A stretch of DNA of 62,728 bases, filler included, from Basidioascus undulatus (taxonomy: Eukaryota), in assembly GCA_000826855.1 (NCBI GenBank). It is 14 parts of 14 records of this genome, joined end to end, with 100 filler letters (N's around TTAATTAATTAA, not from the genome) between each part and the next. Parts side by side here need not be neighbours in the genome. Positions count along the whole stretch, not along the records: positions 35,881 to 38,789 come from JTLS01002597.1; positions 38,890 to 41,795 come from JTLS01002598.1; positions 41,896 to 44,798 come from JTLS01002599.1; positions 44,899 to 47,792 come from JTLS01002600.1; positions 47,893 to 50,783 come from JTLS01002601.1; 9 more parts are not named here. One strand, 5' to 3'. The translations under genes and the position numbers were made by a program. Below, in pieces: positions 38,040-49,587 of this stretch. The notes beneath the pieces are model-generated. The model was given only the letters and a program-made list of their open reading frames with translations. It searched no databases and was not told the DNA's origin. Position 1 is the first letter of the stretch. Each line of letters starts with the position of its first letter.

Positions 38040-38641
38040 GCTGTTGGCAAGCAGCTCAGAATACCTGCACAAACATTTGCTGGAGCTTTGCACTTCGCAA
38101 TATGTTCACTATGGTGCTTCGAGTGAAGTCCGAAGGCCTAACAATTGATTTGTGTAAACAAGAGGATTGGTGCAGTTGGCTTCATGGAAACAGTCATGTC
38201 TTGCAGGAGGATTTGCAGAACCAATTGAACCTTCGATTGTGTGTCAGAAAAAGGAATAAAGTAATAGGTAAAACACTTGTACAGGGCAATGTCCACACAG
38301 AGTGGGTCATCCTCCATGTGCCACCTCAGCACATTGTAGGATGGTGTCACAGACATGGGGAATATTTGTGATTGAGACAGAATCAAAAGTGCCATGGTGA
38401 GGACATGCCTCAGAGTTGTTGCAGTGAAAGAATGCCTTGTAACTGGAATTGAAATCCTGACAGAATGGAAGGGAATTGTCATCCTGACAGAAGCACTGCT
38501 TGTTATCATTCTGACAGAAGTGTTCCTGGTTGTCATCCTGACAGAGGTGCCCCTAGTTGTCATTCTGACTGGATAGACATGTTTTTGCCAAGCTAGAGGT
38601 GCATCTGCCAAGATAGATGTGTGTCTGCCGGAACAGACTGT
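38040..38641. repeat. CpG-depleted island with 5 x 27-nt and 3 x 20-nt tandem units; probable transposon-derived sequence
   Basis: 27-nt units with core TTGTCAT(C/T)CTGACAGA at 38445-38579. The 20-nt units (minus strand GGCAGACACACATCTATCTT and variants) lie at ~38572-38631. Confidence 0.75.
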
Positions 38642-38889
38642 GCGCGAGGCGGAGGAAGCTGAGCCAGCACCGGAGCCGGTGTCGGCGTACAACCCCTTGA
38701 CGATGATGTCCGGAATCATGTGGCCGGCGTCTCTGCAGGCCTTCATCACCACTGCCCTCCCGCGCTCCTTCTAGTTAGTATCACTGCCGNNNNNNNNNNN
38801 NNNNNNNNNNNNNNNNNNNNNNNNNNNNNNNNNTTAATTAATTAANNNNNNNNNNNNNNNNNNNNNNNNNNNNNNNNNNNNNNNNNNNN

Positions 38890-39128
38890 GGTTCTGAAGT
38901 GTTGGGGGCGGGGGCGAGCGGGGTGGGGAAGGGGGGAGGGGAAAGGAAAGGAATGGCAAGCAGGAAGGGAGAGAAGACGGACACTGAGAGCCCGCGGGCC
39001 TTGAGCTCGGCCTTGAGGGCATTGACGGGCTGGGACGCCCAGTGCTCGGTCGAAAAGAGGACGGAGGAGACGAACGTGCGCTGCGGGAGGCGCAGGGGCG
39101 CGGCGAGCCGGGTTGCGCGGGATAGCAT
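38890..39128 (-). CDS. Mitochondrial SAP-domain protein, first exon only
   Basis: Presequence MLSRATRLAAPLRLPQRTF, then WASQPVNALKAELKARGLS (SAP helix), then an intron running into the contig end. Confidence 0.7.
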
Positions 39129-40936
39129 GCTGATTTCTATTGGGAGCAGGAGGAGGAGGGGATGGTGGGAGGAAGGGAAGGTGGGAAGGCGAGGGGGAAG
39201 GGAAGGAAGCAAGGTAAGGACTTGACGTCAAGCGTGTTGTACTGTGTGTGGTATTGATTTGCAGTAGTACTAAGTATGCGGAGGAAGTCGGCCACACGTG
39301 AGAAAGAAGACGAAGTGCTCTCGTTTCTTTCGCTTCTTCTCGAAACGTGAAAACTACGTGTACAATGATTTTATGTCTGATGTACTGCAGAGCATCCACA
39401 TTCATGAACCCGAGAAAGAGACAGAAAGGCAGAGGAATGCGACCTAGCGACAGCGCCAGCGACAGTTGATTGGCTCATGAGCGCTCCCCGCACTCCCCGC
39501 AAGGGCTCGATCGCAAGTCGCAAGTCGAGACGCGAGGAAAACGCTCTCCTTCTTTTCTTCACTCTCTGCCATCCCACCCTACAAGCTGACCAGTCGCACC
39601 CGGGTGCAATCGCTGACGAGGGAGGAAGGGTAGCAGGGGTGGAAGGGGAAGGGGAAGAAAGATTTGGTCGTCGGTCGTCGATCTGCTGGGGCGTTCTTGT
39701 GCGTTGTTCTCTTTCTTTTTCTGCCTCTCATTCTCAGCCCGCCGTCTTGAACATGCTCACGCTTGGATTACCTCCAGAGTCTACCCGCATATGTATTTTT
39801 CCCACGACCACATTCATTCATCAGTCTCTCCCGCTTCGCTGCCTTCCTGCCGTTCGCAAGATCACCCCTTCCCCTGTCCGCGGGCCCGGATACCGTCCAC
39901 ACGAGCGGACATTTACCTCACTCGCATTTTACGCACACTGGCCTCGGGTTTCTGGACATTCACCTGTAATCCCGGTCGCTGTGGGACCCGAGTCACTCCC
40001 TGACAACGGTGTCTGGGGCGGAAGCTGACCCCATCCGCGGCGCACGCTACACCGCCGCGCAGCCACCCCTCCATCCCGGCACACCCGGCGATGGGATTGC
40101 GGGTGAGTGTACACTGCTGCTGCGCAAGGCGAGTATTTAGCAGCAATGTGCGATGTAGGAATGGAATGGATGGGATGGGGTTTGCGAAATGGGTTTGGGC
40201 AGGCAGGGAGGGATTGTTGGACTCAGGATTCGATCGCATCAGGGTGTCTTAATCTGGCTCTCGCTCTCGCCCTTGCAGCTGAGCTCGTCCGCCTCGCCTC
40301 CTCGTCGGCTGTCGCAGACCTACTCGAGCACGCTCACGCACACCGCAGACACAATCCACAGATCGCAGACCGGGCGACCTGCCATCTCTCTCATCGCATC
40401 GCTGGCTGTTGCTTCTGCCCACTGGCCCCTATCGCGCTCCTCCCCTCCAAGTCCGGCCTTGCCTTTGCCCCTTTGTGCCCCTTGGCCTCTGCCTCTCGCT
40501 CGCTCGCTCGCGGCTCTGCTCTTGCCCTCATCCGGCCACCCAGTAGCCCAATCGCGCTCACATTCCCCCTCCCGGCCATCCATCCACACCCTCACTCCCC
40601 CGGGCCTGGTCATTTATCTATCTCCGCACCCGCGCGTCCGAGTCGCATTCCAATCCACCCCCCCTCGCCCGTTCCGGACGTCGGCACGCGCCCGCCCACC
40701 CGCCCGCGCGCGCTCCTCGACCGCATTCCCTCGACTCCCTCATTCTCCTTCGCCCCAAACACCCCACTTCCGGCGTCCTAATCTACCCCCCGTCGCTCCC
40801 CTGCCACCCTTTCTCTTTCTCCCACCACCACACACACCCACACTCGCTCCGTCCGATCTCTGGTCCTGCCCACTCGATACTCGTTCACTAGTATCCACCC
40901 ACACTCACTCACTCCCGCACGACGTCGACGACTACG

Positions 40937-41795
40937 ATGTGGCTCTCCACGCCGCTCGCCGCGCCCGCTGCCCCGCTGCCCAGCCCCAGCTCCGCGAACA
41001 CCACCACCACCACCTCGTCGCGCATGATCGACCCCGCGCTCTTCAACCTACCTGCCCCGCCCGTCCAGGCTTCCATGGCGTCCGACAAGTACAAGCGCTT
41101 CCCAATCTCCCACACCCGCTCCTCGGACGACGACGTGTGTCCCTCTCTCTTTCCCTTCCCATCCTCATCCCAATCCTTTCAAGTTACGTCGATTGACTAA
41201 CTGGCGAGATGCGTCCGACAGGCTACCCCGCCTGCTGAGCCCAACTCGCACGCGGAAGCGAACGACCCCTCGCCGTTCTTCCTTACCCTCCGGCCCCTCC
41301 TTCCGCCGAGCCCCAGCCAGAGCCCGAGTCCCACCATGTCGGCCCGCTTGCATAGCGTCGACAACGTCCTCGGTCTCACTGGCATCCACGACGTGCGTAT
41401 CTCCTTCTCCCCACCATCTCCGCGGGCGTTCTTCTTCCACATGGGCCCATAAACTCGAGCATCGCACTTATATGCTCGACTCGCAGCTGCCACGCACGCT
41501 CCAGCCGGATCTGCTCGCCAACGTGCCGACCTGGCCGGACATGCCGATGGAGGACAAGGCGCGTTCACCCCCAGCCGGTCTCGGCTCGTCGGCGGCGTCC
41601 TCCTCGTCGGGCTCGTCGTCGTCGACGTCGAGCGTGGTGGCCGAGCCCGCGGAAGAAGGGAGCGAGATGGACATCTACTACGACCAGGTCCGCCTGCTGG
41701 CGCATCTTCACGACCCCTTCTGCGCGCCTCCGCCCGCGAGCTCAACCTGGCCTCCCCCTCCCCCCGCGTCCCTCTCGCAGAATGCCACCTCGCCC
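40937..41795 (+). CDS. Hypothetical low-complexity protein, 5' portion
   Basis: Three joinable GT-AG exons (MWLSTPL...IDPALF...|ATPPAEP...|LPRTLQPDLL...). No domain is visible before the contig end. Confidence 0.5.
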
Positions 41796-41959
41796 NNNNN
41801 NNNNNNNNNNNNNNNNNNNNNNNNNNNNNNNNNNNNNNNTTAATTAATTAANNNNNNNNNNNNNNNNNNNNNNNNNNNNNNNNNNNNNNNNNNNNCAACG
41901 ATGCCCAGCAAGCCAGCACACACCTCACACCGTTCCAAGTCGACATGGGCCAACACCCA

Positions 41960-42385
41960 CACCGAATTGGTAGTGTTTCAGGAGTGCGGTAGTATGTGAT
42001 CTCGTAGTCGATTGTACCGCTCAGGTAATGTAGAACTTGCTTGACTCCATTCCAGTGTGAGCGTCCGGGATTTGAGGAGAATTGGCTGAGAATGCCAATT
42101 GCGAAGGTGAGGTCAGGTCGAGTGCCGAGCATGGCGTACATGAGTGATCCAATTGCGCTCTGGTATGGGATCTTCACCATGTTCTCTTGTTCATCCTTGG
42201 TAGTTGGGCCGTCTTCTTTTGAGAGTTTGATTCCGGATGCAAGCGGCATAGAGGTGGGTTTAGCCGTTGTCCATGTTGAAACGCTGCAGCATGGTGCTGA
42301 TGTAGTGCACCTGCGAGATTGAAAGTGTTCGCTGCGCCTGATCACGACGGATCTGGATGCCGAGGATGTGAGCGGACTCCCCTGC
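41960..42385 (-). mobile_element. Ty1/copia reverse transcriptase fragment (frameshifted)
   Basis: GESAHILGIQIRRD...ISQVHYI..LQRFNM, then IPYQSAIGSLMYAMLGTRPDLTFAIGILSQFSSNPGRSHWNGVKQVLHYLSGT. Confidence 0.95.
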
Positions 42386-42643
42386 ATCACACCCAAGGTC
42401 CTCCCAGCCACACCCCTGTTGCCACCCTTCCAGAACTTTCCATCTCGTTCTATCTCTTTCCACACTTTCCCAGCTCTTTGTAACACTTTCCCACGAAGCC
42501 CCCCAACTGTATATAAGAGGACCAGCACCCTTTGGCTGGCCCTCAACCAACTTGAATCCCAACCACCATCATCTCCTCTAGTCCTATGCTCTCACTCCCT
42601 AGCCCTTGGCTACACCCTTGCCCACACCAAGGGGTGCCTTACA
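42383..42643 (+). mobile_element. Solo LTR-like repeat, family A copy 1
   Basis: TG...CA ends and an internal TATATAA. The 3' end CCCTAGCCCTTGGCTACACCC...ACCAAGGGGTGCCTTACA resembles that of copy 2. Confidence 0.6.
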
Positions 42644-42691
42644 ACATCCATCATGTCGAATGACTCGGACTACAGCCTTGAGCGAGTGGGG

Positions 42692-42958
42692 GTATCAATA
42701 TGCACACTCCTTTTTCCTTTCACCCAATTCTTCCTTGTTTGACGCTTAACACACTTAGCCTTGACTCTGCCCTTTACCCTCTGTCTGTTATTGTTCATTC
42801 GAGTTGAGGTTGCATGTGACTTCCATCATCATTCCCTTTGACAGCTTCTCTGCACAAACACTCCACATTGTTCTTCTTTGAGCCATGATAAAAGGGCCAC
42901 TTTATTGCCTCTATTTTTCCTCTGGACAATCATACACTTGCTCATGGCTCACCGGCTG
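42692..42958 (-). repeat. Repeat family B copy 1 (inverted relative to 43451-43740)
   Basis: The reverse complement reads CAGCCGGTGAGCCATGAGCAAGTGTAT...CCCTTTTATCATGGCTCAAAGAAGAACAATGTGGA...AGTGTGCATATTGATAC. Confidence 0.75.
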
Positions 42959-42959
42959 A

Positions 42960-43200
42960 GTGCTCTTCGACTCCGATGGGTAGTGTGCATGGACCTTGTC
43001 CCAGGCTATCTGGGTGGAGCGGACACCAAAGAGGAGGCTGTTGACAAGCGAGGAGTCAATGGAGAGTCGGAGGAGAGAGAGAGCGAAGTTGTTGGCCTCG
43101 AGCCAGTTGGCGAGGGTGTGCTGGCCTGCTGTAGGTTCAGCAAGAGAAGTAGAGGTGGCGGAAAGAGAAGCATTGCCATGCTCAGATCTGGTGTTGGCAT
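42960..43200 (-). mobile_element. Copia-type gag fragment
   Basis: LANWLEANNFALSLLRLSIDSSLVNSLL...TQIAWDKVHAHY resembles the W...A...I.LS....AWD.L...Y pattern of copia gag. Confidence 0.6.
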
Positions 43201-43207
43201 CGTCAGC

Positions 43208-43452
43208 TGTCATGAATACCCTCCCTCCCTTCACCAAGGACATCTACACCCTCCCCTACCCTCTCCCTTTGTCACCTTCCTTTGTCCTATCGTCCTCATG
43301 TCCACCTCCTTGCCTTCCTTTGTCCTATTGTCCTCCTGTCCACCTCCTCGCCTTCCTTTGTCCCTTCCACAAGCTATTGTACTCCTGGCCTCCCTTTGTC
43401 TCCCTAGTCCTTGGCTACACCCCTTTCCTCCACCAAGGGGTGTATCCTCACA
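43208..43452 (+). mobile_element. Solo LTR-like repeat, family A copy 2
   Basis: Runs from TGTCATGAATACCC to CCCTAGTCCTTGGCTACACCCC...ACCAAGGGGTGTATCCTCACA. Confidence 0.6.
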
Positions 43453-43740
43453 GCCACTGAGCCAGGAGCAAGTGTATTCTTGTCAAGCTCGAAGGTAGAG
43501 GTGATGAAGTGCCCCTTTTATTATGGCTTAAAGAACAACAATGTGGAAGAGTATATCGAAAGTGGAGTGTTTTGCATGCAAGAGAAAAACAACAACATGA
43601 GTGAAAGGCCCATGTGATTGCAGGGAAGTGAACAACATGGGTGAAGGGGATGAAGGTGCAGCAGGGTGAAGATCAGAGACGAGGTAAAGGTCAAACAAAG
43701 AGGGAAGATGAGAAAGGGAAAGAAGTGTGCATATCGATAC
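43451..43740 (+). repeat. Repeat family B copy 2
   Basis: CAGCCACTGAGCCAGGAGCAAGTGTAT...CCCTTTTATTATGGCTTAAAGAACAACAATGTGGA...AGTGTGCATATCGATAC. Confidence 0.75.
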
Positions 43741-43744
43741 TCGA

Positions 43745-44630
43745 TACTTATCACCCCAGAGGATGTCCACAAGACAGCATTTCAGACAAAATATGGCCAC
43801 TACGAGTTCCTCATCATGCCTTTTGGCCTCTGCAATGCACCAGCCACATTCCACGGCTCATGTGTCATCTTCTAGCCTTATCTGGACGACTTTGTCATCG
43901 TCTACCTGGATGACATCCTCATCTTCAGCAAGACATACCATGATCACCTCCACTATGTCAAGCGAGCACTCAAGATCCTCCAACAGCACCAGCTGTATGC
44001 CAAGCTCAGCAAGTGTGAGTTTGCATGACAGCAGGTGCAGTACCTCAGACATGTCGTAGGCCTGGACAGCATCCTCCCTGACCCAGCCAAGGTTGAGGCT
44101 GTCGTCAGCTGGCCAATGCCAACCTCAGTTCATGACATCCAATCTTTCCTTGGACTCGCCAACTTCTACCGCCGCTTCATCAAGGACTACAACAAGCATG
44201 CTGCACCGCTTTCAGACCTCACACACAAGGACACCACCTTTTGTTGGACAACCAAGGAGCAGACCGCTTTCGATGACCTCAAAGCTGCCCTCACCTCAGC
44301 ACCTACACTCGCTCTCCCTATCCCAGACAGCACCTTCATTGTCAAGACAGATGCCTCTGATGCTGCTCTGGGCACTGTGCTCGAACAGGTCGACTGAATC
44401 ACACAAGAGGTGCACCCTGTCGCGTTCGAGTCCAAGAAGCTACATGGGGCAGAGCTCAACTATGCTGTCCATGAGAAGGAGCTCTTTGCCATCATCCACT
44501 ACCTGGATGGCCAGCACTTTGTCATCCACACTGACCACCATTCGATCGAGTACCTCGACACCCAGCCCAGCTCTCCAAGCGCCAGGCACACTGTATGGAG
44601 ACCCTGGCTGAGTTCAGCTATGACATTGTC
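43745..44630 (+). mobile_element. Ty3/gypsy RT-RNase H fragment (degenerate)
   Basis: [74 protein letters not shown]. Contains in-frame TGA stops and deletions. Confidence 0.96.
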
Positions 44631-44898
44631 AAGATCTGGCAGAGTGAAACAGACCGCAACAGGGGCTACCCAGGGCTTGTGAGGGCAATGGTTGATTACG
44701 AGACGAGTAAGGTTGGAGCAGGGACTACATTAATGTGGAAACAAGAAGGCAAGACCAGATGGAGAACATGTAGAGGGTATGTGGGGGTTTTTATAGCTNN
44801 NNNNNNNNNNNNNNNNNNNNNNNNNNNNNNNNNNNNNNNNNNTTAATTAATTAANNNNNNNNNNNNNNNNNNNNNNNNNNNNNNNNNNNNNNNNNNNN

Positions 44899-47417
44899 TA
44901 TATGTAGGAAGACCTGGTCCATAGGTGCTAGTCAAAGAGGAGCAGACCTGAACGAGCGAGGAATGGCGATTGGGTAGATGGCGATCTGAAGGGAGGATGA
45001 CCACCGTGGGAGTCAATGGCTGGGCACGGGCGCTCGGTCACTTTATATGCTCACAAACATCATCACCAGGAACACGATCCTATGGTCACTGTAAGCAGAC
45101 GGAATTTGTACACGTCGAAGGCCAGAAAGGGCGTACTGTTCGCCCGGCGCGACATCCTGAACGTTGATGATGTTGAAACCAGCTGTCCGCACTGCGACTG
45201 ACTGCACGAAAGCGCAAACTACCCGGATGCCGACCTGAAGAGTTGTGAGCACCAGCGAGGTTCTTGGGTCTCTTTGCACTGTTGGATTTGCTCACCGGAA
45301 GTGCTTCTATAGGGTCATTGCCGATGTCGAGGACGAGGAAGCAGACGAAGTCGATCAAGCTGCGGGGGCCAGAAGCCGTTCCCTAAGCAGAAACGAGGAC
45401 CCCCAGAGAATGCGCTGGAACTCACGTCAAGGCAGTGACGACGACCAGAAGGAACCAAGTCTGTTTGGCGGGGAACAGGTAAAGGTACACCCGTCGGGGA
45501 TGGTCGAGCAGGAAGTGCAGCGTCTCGCTGGTATGGGAATGACGTGGAACGGTCTTGGTAGCGATCCAGCTAGACGCGTAGGCGGAAGGGCCGTGAGCAC
45601 CGTTATGAGCACCGAGGACGGCCGCAGGGCAAGAAAGTACCCACATGATGAAACGGAGGAGGACCGGCTAGATAACACAGTAGAGTAAGATACCAATGCA
45701 GCCGGATGAACGGCGCGTAAGCGACTTACCAAGGCCGTGTTCCCCGCCAAAATCAAGAACGCCAGCATGAAAGTCATGGCGTACGCAGTCTGAAATTGGG
45801 TCAGGCTCGTGTCCCCCAGGCTCATGCCGGTGTTCGTGTACGCCGAGACGACTTGAAAGATTGCGAACCTGTCATCTTCATTCAACATGAAACCCAACAT
45901 GAATCTTTTCGATAAATACGCGACGTACCATGAAGGGTTCAACTCGCCCTGCTGATCGTCAATTGTGCTTCTAACGTGAGGTACCTTGTCGACGTAAGGT
46001 GCGACGACGGCGAAAGCGATGAGAATAAGGCCGATGTAGTACTATACTCCGAGATCGTCAGCCACTTGATCCGGGAGCTCACATGCATCCTACTTGCAGC
46101 CAAGACGATCCACACGAGCAGCCTGAGCGCGCGGTACTCGACGCCTCCCAGCTCGTCACACTGGTCCTCCGTCAGTCCTCGGAAATTCGAGTTGCGGCCG
46201 ACTGTGGCATCGAAGTTGAGATAAGTTGATCCGCTGGAAGACCTTGCGGTGGTCGTGCGAGGGACCGACAGCGTCCGTGAGAGACGGGAATGCGCGCGCG
46301 GCGTGAACTTGGCGAAGAGCCGCGATAACAGGAGCGGGGGCATGGGGAATCCGCCGAGGTCCCTAGTGCGAGTGTCGATGTTCTCTTCTGTTCACAGCGT
46401 GTCATTGTCAAGCGGGCGAAAGCATTGAGTGCTCCTGCTCACTGGATCTGCCGTTGTGATGCAGCTCTGGGTGCTGGAAGGTGATGGTCGCCGAGCGCGG
46501 AAGCGTTGTTGTGCGGGGAATGGTAGGAAGTCGTTTTCCGACTGCTTTGAGGAGGGGAAACATAAGGCATTGAGGTTGAAACGCAGGTTAAGGTGGAACA
46601 AACGTGGTATTTCGCGGCGTCCAGGAGTCTCCGGCGTCCCAGAAGGGGTCTCTGGCGGAGCGGTCGACAGGTCTTCATTCCGTCTAAATTCAAGAAGTAC
46701 CCGTAGGTCCGTCAGTATTCAAGCTCAAGTTACCACTGCTATCGTGACGGTGATGGTAGCCTGACCTCGACAGCGCGCCGCTCGGATCCAAGCGGTTGAC
46801 CAACGCCGGGGTATCGACACGCCGGATGCGCAAGTGGATGTTTTCTTGGCCTTCAAAGAATGCCCTGGTACGAGTGAAATCTTTGAAGCGGTCGTGAAAG
46901 GCGTTCCTGGGAACATGCGGATGAGTTGAAGCGAAGGCAGGGGCGAGTCCGAAAGAGCGACGGGCTTACCGACGGATGAGCAGCGTGATCAAGCTGACGA
47001 ATGTTGTCGATCCGATGAACATTAGAATGAATAGGATGCCTTGTTGCCAGCCTGCCATGTTGATGTTGTCAGTCTGACTGCTCGAGGGTGAGGGAGAGCA
47101 AGCAGCACCTACCCGTGATCGTCGAAAACGCGATCGTAACCAAGCCGGTCACGGTCATAGCCGAAGTGCAGAGAAACAGCGCATCAATGTACGTGACGTT
47201 CGTCGAGCCGTTACTGCCGTAGAAAATGGCCGCGGTCACGAGCGGGACGAGAGTGAATGCCAGCACGTCTGGACATCCTCACAAGCCGTCAGCCGCGAGC
47301 AAGCCTGTGTCCCCTCCTCCCCGGTGCGTGAAGTGGGGGCATCATGCGGAGAGACGTACGCAATCGGAAGAAGTTCATATGCTTTGCTACCCCATTGGGA
47401 ATGCGAAGGAGGGGCAT
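44899..47417 (-). CDS. TRK: Trk-family potassium transporter, 3'-truncated
   Basis: MNFFRL, YIDALFLCTSAMTVTGL, VGRNSNFRGLT...ELGGVEYRAL, SAYTNTGMSL, LILAGNT, FLLDHPRR, SVAVRTAGF. Confidence 0.93.
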
Positions 47418-47621
47418 GACGAGGACCTTTCTGGGAAAAGCGGAGGGGAAGAAAGGAACCCTTGCAGATGGAGAAGGGAGAAGGGCGAGTCGTACAGAGC
47501 GAGGACCCTTAAAGGCGTGTCTCTGGTGAAGATGAAGTACCTTATTCGGAAACTAATGAGAACAAAAAAGAAAAGAGCGATCTCGCGCAGGCACGACCAA
47601 AGGCGATACACGCTCGTCTAC

Positions 47622-47697
47622 TGGCAGAATGCGCGCCACTGTCAAACCCCGCTTTCAATGGCAGAATGCACGCCCCACTGTCAAACCCCGCTTTCAC
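47622..47697. repeat. Two-copy ~38-nt tandem duplication upstream of TRK
   Basis: TGGCAGAATGC...CCACTGTCAAACCCCGCTTTCA occurs twice. Confidence 0.8.
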
Positions 47698-47892
47698 TGA
47701 CAGGTTCTTCTTCTTCTTTTGGTATTCCACCTCCTTCGGCCTCAGCGTTCGCGGTCCCTTCGGAGGCTGCGGAGTCCCAGGCCGTTGCGGGANNNNNNNN
47801 NNNNNNNNNNNNNNNNNNNNNNNNNNNNNNNNNNNNTTAATTAATTAANNNNNNNNNNNNNNNNNNNNNNNNNNNNNNNNNNNNNNNNNNNN

Positions 47893-49587
47893 CGCGACGG
47901 TCGAGGGTGCCAGGAGGGGTCGCTCGTCGAGGAGGTTGGCGATGTTGCCTGTACGAACCAGCCGTGAGCGAAGCCATTCAGACATGAAACAGCAGAGTAA
48001 AACGACGCACTATTGCCCAGTCCGACCGACTCCCCGCCCCACCTCGCAGTCCTCCAGCTGCTCCTTCCCTCCGCGCCATCCTCGATCCTCGCGCTCTCCA
48101 GTCCGCGCATCGCCTCCGCCAGCTCAGCCTCCTCCGTGTGCGCCTCGAGCTCGCTCACGCTCTTCTCGGGGAGGGGCACGCCGAAGCGGCTGCCCATGCC
48201 GAAGGAGGGGATGCGCGGGGGTGCGCCGGGGCGGTGCTCGGTCGGCCGCCGCGCGGGGCCGTCGCCCTCCTTCGCCAGCACGTCCGCCTCGATCGCGAGC
48301 AGGCGCTCGATCACGATCGGCATCGTTGGGCGCGAGGACGGCGTCTCGGACGTGCACTCCAGCGCGAGCGCGATCAGGTCTGGCGGGCAGCCCGGCGAGG
48401 CGCGCTGCCGCACTTCGACGGGGTCGATCGTGAAGGACGGGGGATTGCGCTGAGAGCGTTCAAAATTTCAGTGAGCTGCTGGCGGTATATTCTCATGAGC
48501 GACGCAGTCTACCTTGAAAGCGTGAGAGTCGACCAGCTTGCGAGACAGGACCTCGCAGAAGATGATGCCTGAAAGAGGACTCTGTCAGGAAGCGCTTCAA
48601 CTGAAAGCAAGAGCAAGCTCACCGAGAGAGAACACATCCGTCGACAAGTCAAACTCCAGCCCGAGCAGGATCTCTGGGCTCATGTACCCGTCCTGCCAAC
48701 CGCTCATCAGCGGGCGCTCCCCCTCATCAAGCACCCCACCGTCCCGACTCACCGTCCCACAGTAAGTGAGGTACCCGCCCTCTCCGCCCTTCCCCGCGCC
48801 GCCGAGCACACGGCTGAAACCAAAATCGCACACCTTGACCCGGTTGCCGTGCCCGACGAGGAGGTTCTCGCCCTTGAGGTCGCGGTGCATGCAGTCGCGC
48901 GCGTGGAGGTACGCGAGCGCGCGCGAGATGTCGAGCAGGAGGGAGAGGCGCGTGCGCCAGGGGAGGTGCACGGGCGAGAGGAGGAAGGACCGGAGGTTCC
49001 CGTTCGGGACAAACTCGGACTGCGGAGGAGGAAGGGAGGTCAGCGGGGCTCGAACGCGAGAGGAGGCCGGCTTTGGGATGGGAGCACGCACGATGATGTA
49101 GGTTATGCTCGTTACTGGGTCGAAAGACCGCCCTAGGAAGAGCGCGATGTTGGGATGCCGTGCTTCTCTGTTGAATGAAGGGGATCAGGCGAAGTTGACT
49201 TGAGTGCATTGAGGACCTAGCGTACCGCTGAATGATCCATTCCCGCTCGAAACTGACCACGCAGCCGGTTCAGTCTGGCTGTAAATATGCTTCCCAGCTC
49301 TATACGCACTATTTAGCGACCTGCAAGAAGGTATGTCAGAACGAGGAGCGACGGGTTGAACTGGCTGACAGCGTACATCGTATTCGGTCGAGGGCTTGAC
49401 CTCCTTGATCGCTACGTCCGTCCCCAAGTACATCCCCCTGCTCACCTCTCAGCACCCCAGATCGCACACCCAACCCTCAAGACTGGACGCACTTGTAAAC
49501 CGAACCGAAGCTCCCGCCGCCGATCCTGGTCCACTTTGAAGCGGGCCCGATGTCCGAGAAGGGGATGATATCGAACTCGACAGACAT
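47893..49587 (-). CDS. Tyrosine-kinase-like (TKL, LISK/TESK-like) protein kinase, 3'-truncated
   Basis: IGGGSFGSVYK|GMYLGTDVAIKEV, RHPNI, HRDLKGENLL, CDFGFSR, YCGT|DGYMSPEILLG, DVFSLG, CPPDLIALALEC...RP. Confidence 0.9.

Noticed and set aside
38138..38752. 204-aa ORF with SVRMT repeats as a repeat protein
   Set aside because: It is the translation of the 27-nt DNA tandem repeat running out of flanking sequence, and it lies in a CpG-eroded island.
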